Positions 1 to 12,894 of a stretch of DNA of 64,000 nucleotides are shown piece after piece. The notes below the pieces were generated by a model. That model saw only the letters and a list, made by a program, of their open reading frames with translations, ran no database searches and was not told the origin of the DNA. This DNA comes from Nannocystis pusilla (GTDB lineage Bacteria > Myxococcota_A > Polyangia > Nannocystales > Nannocystaceae). The stretch is from the NCBI RefSeq assembly GCF_049060185.1, contig NZ_JBMEQO010000002.1; one strand, written 5' to 3'. Position 1 is the first letter of the stretch. The number at the start of each line of letters is the position of its first letter. A program made the translations under genes and the position numbers.

Positions 1-727
1 CTTCCGCGAGATGCTGCCGGCCGAGAAGGCGCGCGAGGAGAAGACCACCCCGGCGTGGATCGTCGAGCAGCTGCGCCAGGTCGGCGGCGTGTTCGGGATC
101 CGCACCGGCCACGAGGAGGTCAACACCTACGAGCCGTCCGAGGTCGCCAACACCTGCCACGGCTCCTCCCGCTCGTTCGCCCAGTCCTATGATTTCGCCC
201 GGCTCGGCCTCAAGGTCGCCGTCGCCCTCGGCTCCGACCTCAACGGCTTCATCCAGCAGGTCCGCCCGCGCTTCGGCCCCGACGCCTGCTCCGCCTCCTT
301 CCCGACCGAGGGCCGCTGCCAGGCCCGCGACGAGCTGGCCGGCGGCCCCGCCCCGCTCGGCACCGGCTTCGACGAGGCCGGCCTCGGCCACATCGGCCTC
401 CTGCCCGACCTCCTCGCCGACCTCGACCAGCTCGGCGCCGACACCACCCCGCTGCGCGACTCGGCCGACGCCTTCGTGCGCATGTGGGAGCGCGCCGAGG
501 CCGAGCGCAGCGGCCCCGCCGATCCGGCCGACGACCTCGACGCCGGCGGCGTCGTCGTCCTGCCGCCGCACGGCCAGCGCGAGGCCGAGTTCCCCGCCGA
601 ATGCGGCGACTCCTACTGCGAGGCCTCGCTGCAGACCGGCGAGCCGTGCCGCTTCGACGGCGAATGCGTCAGCGGCACCTGCGCCGACGCCGGCGAGTGC
701 GGCGCGCCCAAGGGCACCTGCGCGTAA
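1..727 (+). CDS. C-terminal fragment of membrane-dipeptidase (peptidase M19)-like amidohydrolase with Cys-rich C-terminal tail; 5' end lies outside the window
   Basis: ORF open from window edge. VALGSDLNGFI resembles the GxGxDFDG motif near the C-terminus of M19 dipeptidases. Tail rich in CxxxC. Confidence 0.4.
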   Translation, partial: FREMLPAEKAREEKTTPAWIVEQLRQVGGVFGIRTGHEEVNTYEPSEVANTCHGSSRSFAQSYDFARLGLKVAVALGSDLNGFIQQVRPRFGPDACSASFPTEGRCQARDELAGGPAPLGTGFDEAGLGHIGLLPDLLADLDQLGADTTPLRDSADAFVRMWERAEAERSGPADPADDLDAGGVVVLPPHGQREAEFPAECGDSYCEASLQTGEPCRFDGECVSGTCADAGECGAPKGTCA

Positions 728-946
728 GCCCCGGACCGCCCTGGGTCGCCGCACCCGTCATCACTCCGGCCGGACGCGACCCGATCCGCGCCTCACAGCC
801 TCAGCGGCCCGCGAGCAGCACCTGCAACGCTGCCGTCAGGTCCGGCGGCAGCCGCGACTTCACTTCCGCGGGGACCCCGGGGCTCGCTCGACTGATTCGA
901 CATCCGCTGTCGCTCGCCGCCTGGCCGTCGCGCCTCGTCGGCGGAG

Positions 947-1310
947 TCAGTCCAGCAATCGGAACACCTCCGGGTCGCGCGGCAGGTAGCGCACCTTGCG
1001 GAACGAGCCGACCTGCAGCCGCGGCGCTTCCATCGCGGTCACCACCAGCGTCTTCTCGACCTGGACCGGCGCGCCCCCGTCCTCGGGCTGGATCTCGAAG
1101 CGGAACCGAAGCCGCGGCTTTCCGTTCTGCGCCGAGCCCGTGTCCTCGTACGAGATCACGCGCGCCGTGCCGATCGCCCCTCCTGCTGCAGGAGTGCGAC
1201 CTCCTGCCGATCGAGCTGGTCGACCACGCACCAGCCCACGCCGACCGCCAGGAACGCCGCGCCGACGATGGAGAACGCGAGCACGGGATTGTTGCGAGCC
1301 ATGCCGGCGA
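947..1310 (-). CDS. small membrane-anchored DUF3592-like protein, apparent frameshift near 1190
   Basis: N-terminal frame gives MARNNPVLAFSIVGAAFLAVGVGWCVV (TM helix). C-terminal beta-rich segment VISYEDTGSAQNGKPRLRFRFEIQPEDGG...VRYLPRDPEVF is in a different frame. Confidence 0.4.
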
Positions 1311-1511
1311 GCATGCCACGCCGCGGCGGTGCGCGGGCCCCGGAATCTCTCCGCAGCGCCCCGGACTGCGCCCCGCGGGAGCGCGCCCGCGAGCAAACGG
1401 GACCGCGAAGTCCCGAGAGGCGCTGCCTGTGCGCGATCGGGGTCCGCCCCAGTTATCGCCTAACGATTACTCTTGCAATCAATTTGCATCTGTAAAACAG
1501 TCTCATCCGTG

Positions 1512-2729
<1,218 letters not shown>

Positions 2730-2871
2730 CGACAATGCCGCGACCGCGGCCTCCTCGAATCACCACAGCCGCGACTCGCCTGTCCCTCCGGACATCTCCT
2801 CTCGGTGGCACTTTCGCCGGGCGCGCTCCGCGCCGCGCGAACAAAATCCGTCTCGCTCTCGGGGCGTCCCC

Positions 2872-2900
2872 TTGACGAAACGGAACGATTGATTCAAATA
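2872..2900 (+). promoter_or_regulatory. putative sigma70-like promoter (TTGACG-N16/17-TCAAAT) and TTGAtTCAA palindrome upstream of TetR gene
   Basis: Locally AT-richer segment in GC-rich DNA immediately 5' of the TetR start; weak -10. Confidence 0.25.
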
Positions 2901-2906
2901 TCTCTC

Positions 2907-3686
2907 GTGCCATCCCAAGGACCGCTCACCCTCCCCGAGCTGCTCGAGATCGCGCGGCGGCTGCTCGACGAGGCTGGGCCCGAAGCGCTCACCATGGACC
3001 GTCTGGCCGAGGCTGCGGGCATTTCCCGCAGTTCGGCCTACCGCCTCGTCGGCAGCCGCGAAGCCCTCGTGCAGCAGCTCGCGGCGGCGGGGGTCGACGC
3101 CCCCATGCGCGGAGACGCCCGCGAAAAGGTGCTCGCCGCCGCGCGCGACGTCTTCTCGCGCCAGGGCCTCGAGGGCGCCACGGTCGAGGCCATCGCCGAG
3201 GCCGCCGGCGTCGGCACTGCCACAGTCTACCGCCAATTCGGCGACAAGAAGGGCCTCCTCCGCGCCTTCGCCCAGAGTATGAACATTCGCCAGGTCGTCT
3301 GGGGCACCGCGCGCGAGCCCTCGGGCGACCTCGTCCTCGATCTCGAGCGCCTCGCAGTCGCCGCGCTCACGCAGATGCGCGACGACGCCGACCTCATGCG
3401 CATCATCCTGGTCGAGCGCCTGCGCGGCAGCAGCATCCTCGGCGAGCTGTCCGACGCCGCCGATCGATCGATCCACGGCCTCGCCGCAGTGATGCGCCGC
3501 TACGTCGAATCCGGCGAGCTGGTCGACGACGACCCCTACCGGCTCGCGCGCGCCTTTCAAGGCATGCTGCTCAGCTTCGGCGTCCTCGGCGGCCTGTGGG
3601 GATTGCCCGCCGACCCCGACCCCGAGCGCGACGCCAAAACCATCGTCCACTTCTTCCTCCGCGGCGTGAAACGAGGTGCTCCGTGA
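2907..3686 (+). CDS. TetR/AcrR-family transcriptional regulator
   Basis: HTH LPELLEIARRLLDEAGPEALTMDRLAEAAGISRSSAYRL followed by TetR_C-like helical region; stop TGA shares nucleotides with the downstream start (TGAccATG). Start codon uncertain (ATG 2805 or GTG 2907). Confidence 0.8.
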   Translation: MPSQGPLTLPELLEIARRLLDEAGPEALTMDRLAEAAGISRSSAYRLVGSREALVQQLAAAGVDAPMRGDAREKVLAAARDVFSRQGLEGATVEAIAEAAGVGTATVYRQFGDKKGLLRAFAQSMNIRQVVWGTAREPSGDLVLDLERLAVAALTQMRDDADLMRIILVERLRGSSILGELSDAADRSIHGLAAVMRRYVESGELVDDDPYRLARAFQGMLLSFGVLGGLWGLPADPDPERDAKTIVHFFLRGVKRGAP

Positions 3687-3688
3687 CC

Positions 3689-6347
3689 ATGATCGTGCCA
3701 TTCTCCGCAATCGGCTCCGACGACCTCGCGCGCGTCGGCGGCAAGGGACAAAACCTCGGCGCCTTGACCCGCGCCGGCTTCCCCGTCCCACCCGGCTTTT
3801 GCGTCACCACGGCCGCCTATCACCATTTCGTCGCCGGCTGTCCCACCTTTTCGGCGTGGCTCGATCGGCTCGACGCCCTCGACCCCGACGACGTCGCCGG
3901 CGCCCGCGCGCTCGGGGCCGCGGTGCGCGACGCCTTGCTCGCCGTCCCGCTGCCGCCGGCGCTGGTCGCCGACATCACCGCCGCGCACCACGAGCTCGGC
4001 CGCGAGCACGCCTACGCCGTGCGCTCCTCCGCCACCGCCGAGGACCTCCCCGGCGCCTCGTTCGCCGGCCAGCAGGACACCTATCTCAATATCCGCGGCG
4101 ACGACGAATTGCTGGCCGCGGTCCGCCGCTGCTTCGCCAGCCTGTTCACCGACCGCGCGATCCTCTACCGCGCCCGCAACGGCTTCGGCCACCGCCACGT
4201 CGCCCTCGCCGTCGTCGTCCAGCGAATGGTGGTACCCGAGGCCAGCGGGATCCTCTTCACCGCCGATCCCGTCACCGGCCACCGCGGCACCCTCACCATC
4301 GACGCCGGCTACGGCCTCGGCGAGGCCCTCGTCAGCGGCCTCGTCACCGCCGACCTCTACCGCGTCGATCGCCGCACCGGCGCGCTCAAGGAGCTGCGCG
4401 TCGGCGACAAGCAGGTCGCCATCCGCCCCGTGCCCGGCGGCGGCACGGTCACCGAAGATGTCCCCGAGGACAGGCGGCGCGCCCGCGTCCTCGACGACGC
4501 CGCAGTCGCCGCGCTGGCCGACCTCGGCGCCCGCGTCGAGGCCCACTACGGCGGCGTCCCCCAGGACCTCGAGTGGTGCCTCTCCGGCCAACAGTCAGGC
4601 TCGTGCAGGCGCGCCCGATCACCTCGCTCTATCCATTGCCCGCGCCCGGCCCCGACGACGACAGCGTCCATCTCTACCTCAGCTTCGGCCACGCCCAGAA
4701 CATGATCGACCCGATCACGCCGATGGGCCGCGACCTGTGGCGCGCGGTGTTCCCGTTCGGCAAGACCCGCCTCGACGAGATCCCGCGCGGCGTGACGACG
4801 ATGGTGGACGCGGGCAGCCGGATCTACCTCGACATCACGCCGGTGCTGCGCCTGGGGCCGACGCGCCGGCTGATGTTCCGGATCTTGCGCGCGGTCTACC
4901 CCGACGTGGCGGCGCGCCTGGCGACTCTGGTCGACCGCCCCGAGATCCAGGCCGCCGCCAAGCCGCGCCCCGCGGCCCTGCGCCTGGCCCTGGGGATGAT
5001 GTGGCGCGTCCCGTTCGACCTCGCCTGGGTGCTGCTCGGCGCCCGCCTCGACACCCAGACCGCCTGGGCCGATCGCCTGGTCGCCGATCGCGTCGCCGAC
5101 TTCCGCGCCGCCGTCGAATCACAGCCCCCGGCGTCGCCCGCCTGCGCGCCGCCCGGCACCAGCTCACCGGCGTCTTCCAGGTCATGCCGAAGATCGCCCC
5201 GCGCCTCGTCTCCGGCATGCTGAGCCTCGGCCGCCTGCGCCGCCGCTTCGCCGACACCCCGCACGCCGCCGACGTCGAGGCCCTCCAGCGCGGCCTCGTC
5301 GGCAACGTCACCACCGAGATGGACCTGCGCGTCGGCGACCTCGCCGACCTCGCGCGGCCCTACCCCGAGCTGCGCGCCGCCCTCGAGCACGTCCGCCCCG
5401 GCGAGCTCCACCGCCTGCGCGAGCTCCCCGGCGGCCCCGCCTTCGTCGACGCCCTCGCCACCTTCCTCGCGCGCTTCGGCATGCGCGGCCAGGCCGAGAT
5501 CGACATCGGCCGCCCGCGCTGGGCCGACGACCCCGGCCTCCTGCTCACCAGCATCCGCGGCATGGCGGCCCACGGCGACGCCCACGGCCAGCACCGCAAG
5601 CACTTCGCCAACCTGCAGGCCGAGGCCAAGGCTGCCGGCGGGCGCCTCGTCGCCGCCGCGCCCGCCCTGGCGCGCTGGATCGTCCGCCGCCAGGTCCAGT
5701 GCGTGCGCCACTGCCTCGGCGTCCGCGAGCACCCCAAGTTCCTCTTCATTCAATGCTTCGAGCTCGTGCGCAGCAACGTCCTCGCCGCCGCCGACGCGCT
5801 CGTGCACGCCGGTCGGCTGGCCGCGCGCGGCGACGTGTGGTTCCTGACCTACGACGAATTGCTCGAGCTCGCCGCCGACCCCGACGCCTTCGATCCGCGC
5901 CCGCGAATCATCGCTCGCCGCGCCGACTACGATCATTCGCGCCACCTGAGCCCCCCGCTGGTCGTGACCAGCGAGGGCGAGGTCCCGGCACGACCTGTCC
6001 CGAAGGACCTGCCCGAAGGTGCCATCGCCGGCCTCGGCGCCAGCGCCGGCGTCGTCGAGGGCATCGCTCACGTCGTCCTCGATCCCGCCGCCCAGGTCCT
6101 GCGCGCCGGCGAGATCCTCGTCGCGCCCTACACCGATCCCGGCTGGACCCCGCTGTTCGTCCACGCCGCCGGCCTCGTGTGCGACGTCGGCGGCATGATG
6201 ACCCACGGCTCCGTCATCGCCCGCGAGTACGGCATCCCCGCGGTCGTCGGCGTCGGCGACGGCACCAAGCGGCTCAAATCGGGCCAGCGCCTGCGCGTCG
6301 ACGGCAGCCGCGGCATCGTCGAGGTCCTCGCGGAGGCCGCCCCGTGA
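3689..6347 (+). CDS. rifampin-phosphotransferase (Rph)-like PEP-utilising enzyme (ATP-grasp PPDK_N domain, central domain, C-terminal swivel phosphohistidine domain); two apparent frameshifts (~4590, ~5140)
   Basis: N-term VGGKGQNLGALTRAGFPVPPGFCVTT, mid DLEWCL...VQARPIT (split across frames), C-term GGMMTHGSVIAREYGIPAVVGV; domain order matches Rph rather than PpsA. Confidence 0.8.
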
Positions 6348-6833
6348 AGCTCGCCCTCCTCCTGCTCGGCGCCGCCCTCGTCGTCCTCGGCGCCCTCGCG
6401 GCCGTCCAGGGCGTGTTCGTCGACGGCCTCCAGCGGTCCGGCAGGACCTTCCTGGCGATGATGCCGATCCTCGCCGTCGCCTTCCTGCTCGCCGGCATGG
6501 CCGAGGCCCTCCTCCCGACCGGCTTCGTCGAGCGCTGGCTGAGCGACGGCGCCGGCGTCCGCGGCCACCTCCTCGCGTGGGTGGCCGGCGCCCTCACCCC
6601 CGGCGGCGGCCTCCTCGGCATGCCCCTCGCGGCCGGCCTCCTCAAGGCCGGCGCCGGCATCGGCGTCCTCGTCACCTACCTCACCAGCATGGCCCTCCTC
6701 CCGCTCCTGCGCCTGCCCATGGAGCTCGGCATCTACGGCGGCCGCCTGGCCCTCCTGCGGATCGCCGCCTCCTGCCTCCTCCCTCGCCGCCGGCGCCACC
6801 GCCCAGCTCATCGTCCGCCTGACGCGATTATGA
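6344..6833 (+). CDS. small polytopic membrane protein, putative permease (COG0701/DUF318-like); probable frameshift near 6775
   Basis: GTG start overlapping upstream stop; hydrophobic helices LLLLGAALVVLGALAAV, LAWVAGALTPGGGLLGMPLAAGLL. Confidence 0.4.
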
Positions 6834-6841
6834 ATGTCTCA

Positions 6842-6869
6842 TCGTACATGTCTAATGAAACATGTACGA
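6842..6869. repeat. CATG-core palindromic hairpin (TCGTACATGT-N8-ACATGTACGA)
   Basis: Perfect 10-bp inverted repeat just after the permease stop codon. Confidence 0.7.
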
Positions 6870-7064
6870 TAGGACAGCACGCGGCCAGCCCTGCGGACCC
6901 GCTCCGCCCAGGTCCATGTCCTCGGGACGAGAACCACCTCCGAACAGCCCCCGAGCAGTGAACTCGGCGAGTCCCGCAGGGTGGCCCACTCGGGGGTGAT
7001 GCGAAGCGTCCGCGCTTTCGATCGACGGCTGTCAGCCTTCCGCGGCGCCGGGCAACTCCCGGAC

Positions 7065-8520
7065 ATGCCCCTTCGCACGCCTTCGCTGCGCACCCTGCTC
7101 GGTTTCGCCTTCCCCCGCGCTCCTGCTCGCGAGCGGCGCGGCCTGTGACGTCGAGCCCGAGGCCGACCTCGACGAGCTCGCAGATCCGTCCGACGACGAG
7201 ATCGAGCCCCGCTCGCTGACCCTCGAGCCCAACGATCCGCTCTACCACTCGGGACAGAAGTGGCACTACGGCGCCATCTCCTTGCCCGAGGCCTGGTGGC
7301 TGACCACCGGCTCGCCCGCGGTCACCATCGCCATCGCCGACAGCGGCACGCTCCTCACTCCGAGCTCACATGGTCGAGCGGCTACGACTTCTTCGTCGGC
7401 GACCCCGACCCGACCGACCCGGGAACCTTCCACCACGGCATCCACGTCGCCGGCACCCTCGCCGCGGCCGCCAACAACGGCAGCGGCGGCGCGGGCATCT
7501 GCTGGAATTGCAAGCTCCGTCCGCTCCGCGTCGCGCAATCCGGCGGCGGCGCCCAGGTCGGCGACCCCGGCATGAACGAGCCGACCACCACCCTGCTCGC
7601 CCGCGCGATCCGCTACGCGGCCGGCCTGCCGACCGACAACGGCCGAGGCGAGACGGTGCAGGCCAGCTCGCGCGCCGATGTCATCAACATCAGCATCGGC
7701 AACCTCGCGCAGCCGTGCCCGGCCGACCTCAAGGACGCCATCGACAAGGCCTCCGAGGCCGGCACCGTCGTGGTGGTCGCCGCGGGCAACGGCGACTCCG
7801 GGACCACCTGGCCGCCGAGCCCCGACTTCAACGCCTCCACTATCTGTGGCCGAGGTGTCACGCTCAAAACCCCGACCTGATCGTGGTCACCGCGGTCGAC
7901 GAGTTCGGCAACGCCGAGCCCTACGCCCTGCAGTCGAACCCCTCGCCAAGTACCCCGGCATCACGATCGCCGCGCCGGGCGGCTCGGCGGTGAACGGCCA
8001 GGCCGGTAACGGCGCCCTCATCGGTTGCCCGACCGATCCGACCCAAACCGGCACCCACGGCGTCGTGTCGACGTGGATCCCCTACGAGCAGACCGGCCCG
8101 CAGTGCCACCGCCACTGGGCCGGCACGTCGATGGCGGCCCCGCACGTGAGCGGCGTGGTCGGCCTGATGCGCGCCCGCAACCCCGCGCTGACGGCGTCGC
8201 AGGTCAAGCAGATCCTCGTGAAGACGGCCAAGCCCATCCCATGCACCAACTGCGGCGCCGGTATGGTCAATGCCTTCGGCGCCGTCCAGGCCTCGACCTT
8301 CACCCTGTCGATCACGTGCGAGTCGACCGGCGGTGGCGGCTATGCATGCACCTCGTCGCCGACCGGGCTCGGCCCGTGGACCGCCACCTGGCAGGGCGTA
8401 CTGAACGCCGCGGTCAACCCGGCCCAGGCCAACAACCCCGCGACCACCCACGGCACCTGCACCGTGAACACGCAGGCGCGGGTGCGCGCGACCTCACCGA
8501 CGCGCTCGGCCGCACGATGA
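7065..8520 (+). CDS. secreted subtilisin-like serine peptidase (S8 family); at least 4 apparent frameshifts
   Basis: Signal peptide MPLRTPSLRTLLGFAF; catalytic Asp region AIADSGT, His region HGIHVAGTLAA, Ser region GTSMAAPHVSGVVGLM; segments alternate between three frames. Confidence 0.8.
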
Positions 8521-8572
8521 TCGCCGAGGACGCCTTCCTCTGCAGCCAGCTCCCGCCGTGACGAGTCTCCAA

Positions 8573-8595
8573 GGACATGTCTTTTCGACATGTCC
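8573..8595. repeat. CATG-core palindromic hairpin (GGACATGTC-TTTTC-GACATGTCC)
   Basis: Perfect 9-bp stem after the S8 gene stop. Confidence 0.7.
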
Positions 8596-8635
8596 ATATC
8601 GACATACATAGAACCTGCGTCGACGGGTCGGCGAC

Positions 8636-8655
8636 ATCTGTCCTCAAGGACAGAT
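8636..8655. repeat. hairpin ATCTGTCC-TCAA-GGACAGAT
   Basis: Perfect 8-bp stem, second hairpin in the same convergent intergenic region. Confidence 0.6.
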
Positions 8656-8708
8656 TCCGCCGCTCCCCGCGACCTGGCGCTCGCCTCCGCGGGCCTACCG
8701 GACCACTC

Positions 8709-9340
8709 TCACAGCTTGCTCCACTCCTCGGCGGGCGTCGGCGCGGGGGCCGTGGGCCAGTAGTAGCGGTCGGGGCGCGCGGTCATGTCGAGGCGGAGCA
8801 CCCCGGTCACGGTGGCCTTGACGCCGCGCCGGGTGTTGTCGAGCGGGCGCGTGAGCTCGGAGCCGTCGGTCTTCACGTCGACGACCCGGCCGTTCTCGAA
8901 GGTCACGCGCATGGCCGTGTCGTACTCGTCGTTGCATTTCTCGGTGCCGGCGATCTGGTCGCGGAAGACCCTGCCGTCGGCGAGCGTCAGGTCGAACAGG
9001 AACCAGTTGTACTTGTAGGAGGTGCCGTAGCGGCAGTGCGTCACGACCTCGCGCACCTCGCCGAACCACAGGCGCGCGTTGGCGGCGGCCTGGGGGATGA
9101 TGCCGGGCCACCAGCTCGAGTCGAGCTCGCCCGTCTCGTTGCCGTGGCCCTTCTCGAGCCCGTCGAGCCGCTCGTTGAACAGCGCCACGATCTTGGGGTT
9201 GGACTGATCGCCGGGCATCTTCGGCGGATAAATTGCGCCGGCAACTTCATGCTGCCCGTCATCACCAGCACCGCGCCCCCGATCGCGATCACCGCGAGAC
9301 TGGCGACGATGCCCACGACGATCTGCGTTCCCTGCTTCAT
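8709..9340 (-). CDS. hypothetical membrane-anchored protein (N-terminal TM helix, ~170 aa extracytoplasmic domain); one apparent frameshift ~9220
   Basis: MKQGTQIVVGIVASLAVIAIGGAVLV anchor in one frame continuing as PKMPGDQSNPKIVALF... in another; no recognisable family. Confidence 0.4.
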
Positions 9341-9574
9341 GACGCCTCCCCTGTCCGGAGGCGGGAGAATAGTCAGCCGAGCGAAGCGGCGCCAGCGGCC
9401 CGGGACGGGGCTATTTCGCCCGTTTGCGCGGCCTGCGGGGCTCTTCGGCGCGCCCCGAGGTCGGGCTCCGCCATCCCCACCAGGTCATGAGCGCAGCGCT
9501 CGGCGCTACGTCCGCTCGACGGTCGCGCTTCGCTCGCGCGCACGAGACCGCGCCCGACCGACGGTCTCGATGGA

Positions 9575-9594
9575 ATCTGTCTTCCGGGACAGAT
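9575..9594. repeat. hairpin ATCTGTC-TTCCGG-GACAGAT
   Basis: Perfect 7-bp stem in a convergent intergenic region; GACATGTCC half-site also at 9667-9675. Confidence 0.55.
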
Positions 9595-9698
9595 GATGCC
9601 CATACTCGGAATGGCCACTCTCACCACCGCCTTTGGCGTGAGCTGCATCTCGGCTCGCGTCGACATGACATGTCCATCGGGACAGTCGACAGGCGCGC

Positions 9699-10578
9699 TC
9701 ACGACTCGCGCACGGTCCCGATCGCCAGCAGCGCCAGCGCGGCAGCCAGGACGGCGTGCGCCAGCGCCATGCGGGCCGCGGCGCGGACCCACGCGAGCTC
9801 CCCGGCCGCGCGGACGTCGAGCGTCTGCAACGCAGCCGCGACGGCGACGAGCACCGCCAACACGAGCAAGCCGACGAAACCGCGGCGAAACCGCGGGCGG
9901 CCCGAGGTCGCGGTGAGCACGGCGATCGCCGGCGCGAACCACAGCGCCGCCACGTACGACGCGCGACCGAGCGTGCTGCCGTTGCCGAGCAACCACGCGA
10001 GGCCGACGACCAGCGCAGTCACTGCCGCGCCCACGACCGCGAGCGCCCGCGCGGGCCTCACGAGCGACGCGCCCCATAGCAGCGTCGCAGCCACTGCGAG
10101 CGCGAGCGCGGTCGGACGGCCGAGGGCCGGCGCGAACACCGGCGCGATCACGTGGCGATCCTCGACGGTGATCGGCGTCGCTACCTCCGTGACCACAGTG
10201 CGCGCCACCGCGTCGACAATGGCCTCGTCGGCCAGCCCGGCGAATTTCAGCCGGCAGCGCTCCTCCGCCGCCTCCAGCGCGTACACGAGGTCCGGGTGAC
10301 GCGCGCGCATCACCGCGTCGACCTCTCGCGGCTCGCAACGACCGCCCTCGGCCAGGAGCGACAGCATCGCCCCGCCCTCGAAGTCGAGCCCGATCGCATA
10401 GCCTCCGCGGGCGAGGCTCACCAGCGCCGCGACGCTCACGCTCAGCCACACCGCCGCGGCGAACGGATGCACCGCTCGACGCCGCGGCGAAGCGTGCGCT
10501 GCGGCAGGATCACCGAGAGCGAGCCCGGCACGAGCCATGGTCGCCGGACCATACACCCTGTCGGCGGCGCTCACCATC
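9699..10578 (-). CDS. hypothetical polytopic membrane protein (N-terminal TM, ~100 aa periplasmic domain carrying a GLDFEGG motif, then 5-6 TM helices)
   Basis: Frame with consistent hydrophobic segments; GYAIGLDFEGGAML is reminiscent of the SecD/SecF GIDFxGG motif but the rest is not clearly SecF. Confidence 0.35.
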
Positions 10579-11163
10579 CTGTCGCCGCGCGTCGAGGATC
10601 CGTTGCAGCCGCGCCGGCGCCTCGCGCGACCGCCTCCACGTGCCGCCCGAGCGCCTTCGACCGGGTCCAGAGCGGCATCGACGTGCCGGACCGCTCCTGC
10701 GTCCGCTCGCAGCCGTGCTTCTCGCTGCCGCCTCCGCGCTGGCAATGTCGATACGTCTCCGCGTCGAGCCCACGTCATGCATCATTCGTCCCTCGCGGGC
10801 ATGGGCGCAGCGCTCTCCGACAACATGTCCCAAGAGACAGAATGACCCAGGACGCGACCGCACGCTTCCGGCGCGGCCGGGGAGCCCCGCAAGACCGCAC
10901 TCCCATTCAGCGCCGACCTCTCGACAGGGAGCGCATCTCGCTGCCGTGGCCGGCGCGTCGCCGCGGCCGTCGAGTGCATGCATGTCTCCTACCGGGTGCA
11001 AGGCGGTCGGCGCGAGAGAATCCGCGTCCAGCCGCGCGCTCGCCGAGCCCACAATCGCCGGCGGACATGGTAGCGAGGGCCTCGCCATGCACCACGACGC
11101 TCTGACGCGTACGCCCGCGAGCTCGGGCGCTCGGGGCATGGATGCTGTCGCGGCGGGAGCGGA

Positions 11164-12246
11164 GTGAGCGTGAGCGGGCCGAGCGTGCTGCTCCTCCTCG
11201 GCGCGCTCGCGCAGGTCCTCGAGCCGCCCGCCGACGACGTGCTCTGGAACGCTCCGGCAGGCTGTCCCGGGCGAGATGCCCTGCTCGCCGAGGTCGTCGC
11301 CCGTCGAGGCCGCGCCCTCGAGCCCGGACAGGCGCGCGTCGTCGGGCGCGCGATCGTCGTCGGACCGCGCCGTTACCGGCTCGACCTCGACCTCGAAGTC
11401 CGCGGACGGCGCGACCACCGGACCCTCTTCGCGCACGGCTGCGAGGCGCTGGTCGACGCGGCCGTCCTGGTCATCACGCTCGCCCTCGACGCCGACCGCC
11501 AGCCCGCCCCGGGCTCACCGGAGTCACCGTCCCTTGAGCCGGCCCCGGACGCGACCGTGCCGGAGCCCACCGCACCGGTCGAGCCCGCGCCGACGCCTGG
11601 ACCTTCGCTGGAGCCCGCGCCGCCCGTCGCCGGCGCTCCTCGAAGCACCGGCACCCCCGCGCCCCTCGCTCCCGCGCGTGGGGCCGCTCCCGCACCCGAG
11701 CTCGCGCCGCCGGCCCCGCGGCGCCGCCCCGGCGGCTTCCTCCGCCTCCACGGGCTCGGGGAGATCGGCGCCTTGCCCGGCCCGACCGGCGGCGTCGGAC
11801 TCGCTGGCGGCCTCCTTGGCAGAGATTCCGCCTCGAGCTGCACGCCACCTACCTGGCCCCGAGGACCGCCGACCGCTCGGGGACCGACGTCCGCGCCTTC
11901 TCCTCGCCGGTGCCGCGCTCGGCTGCGTCCGCCTGGGCGACCGGCGCGTCTTCGAGCTCCCGCTGTGTCTCGGGCTCGAGGCGGGCGGCATTCCGCTGGC
12001 CGCCGACGGCCCGTCGGGCACAAGACCTCGATCGGGCGCTGGCTGGCCGGGACCGTGGGCGTCGGCGCGGCCGTGCGCGTACACCCGCGGGTCGCCCTGT
12101 TCGCCATGCTGCAGGGCCTCGCGGCGCTTCAGCGCGGGACCTTCGTGGTCCGCAGAGCCGGGACCGACGTCGTCCTCTTCGACCCCGGCGTCGGCTCGGC
12201 CCGGCTCGCCCTCGGCGTCGAGGTGCGCCTCGGCGAGTCGCGGTGA
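11164..12246 (+). CDS. hypothetical secreted protein with beta-strand-rich C-terminus (possible outer-membrane beta-barrel); several apparent frameshifts
   Basis: Signal-like VSVSGPSVLLLLGALAQV; Pro/Ala-rich linker; C-terminal alternating-hydrophobic strands LALGVEVRLGESR; segments found in all three frames. Confidence 0.3.
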   Translation: MSVSGPSVLLLLGALAQVLEPPADDVLWNAPAGCPGRDALLAEVVARRGRALEPGQARVVGRAIVVGPRRYRLDLDLEVRGRRDHRTLFAHGCEALVDAAVLVITLALDADRQPAPGSPESPSLEPAPDATVPEPTAPVEPAPTPGPSLEPAPPVAGAPRSTGTPAPLAPARGAAPAPELAPPAPRRRPGGFLRLHGLGEIGALPGPTGGVGLAGGLLGRDSASSCTPPTWPRGPPTARGPTSAPSPRRCRARLRPPGRPARLRAPAVSRARGGRHSAGRRRPVGHKTSIGRWLAGTVGVGAAVRVHPRVALFAMLQGLAALQRGTFVVRRAGTDVVLFDPGVGSARLALGVEVRLGESR

Positions 12247-12291
12247 GACTATCGAGGGCATCCGGAGACAACACCGAGGCCGGCGACCGCC

Positions 12292-12894
12292 ATGCACTCC
12301 GAACCAGAGGGCAACGCGCGAAACGCGCCTTTCGTGAGCTCTACCGCAACGAATTCACGTTCGTCTGGACCGTCGCTCGCCGTCTCGGCGTCCCGCCGCC
12401 ACTGGTCGAGGACGCGGTCCAGGACGTGTTTCTCACCGCCTACCGCCGCCTCGACCAGGTCTGTTTCGAGGTCTCCGCGCGCGCCTGGCTCTACGGCGTG
12501 ACCCGCAGGATCGCCTCGCGTTACCACCGCTCGGCCGAGCGCCGGTCGCGGCGGCTCGCCGCGATCGCTGCAGTCTCGCACGGCCCCGCCGACCCGCCGC
12601 AGGAGCGCGTCGACTCCGCGGAGCAGCTCGAGCGGCTCCTCGCCCAGCTCGGCGCGAACACCCGCGCCGCCTTCGAGATGTCCGAGCTGTTCGGCATGAG
12701 CGGCCCCGAGATCGCCAGCGAGCTGGGGATCCCCGTCAAGACCGTCTACTCGCGGGTTCGACTGGCGCGCGAGCAGCTCATCCGCGAATTCGGCGAGGCT
12801 CGACTCGAGCGCGAGTTCGCCGGCGCGCGCGAGCGCGACGCCCCGCCGCCCGCCGCCGCCCAGCGCTCGTGGGCCGCCCTGGCCCCGGGCCTGA
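12292..12894 (+). CDS. ECF (sigma-24/RpoE-like) RNA polymerase sigma factor; frameshift within the first ~10 codons and probably near the 3' end
   Basis: Region 2 FRELYRNEFTFVWTVARRLGVPPPLVEDAVQDVFLTAYRRLDQV; region 4 FEMSELFGMSGPEIASELGIPVKTVYSRVRLAREQL. Confidence 0.75.

Noticed and set aside
2760-4591. Minus-strand ORFs 2760-3791 and 3557-4591
   Set aside because: Antisense to the TetR and Rph-like genes; no motif content.
10580-11160. Apparent 580-bp gene gap with short ORF MTQDATARFRRGRG...
   Set aside because: Translation is Arg-rich and unconvincing. It may be a leader or degraded sequence, and a feature could not be supported.
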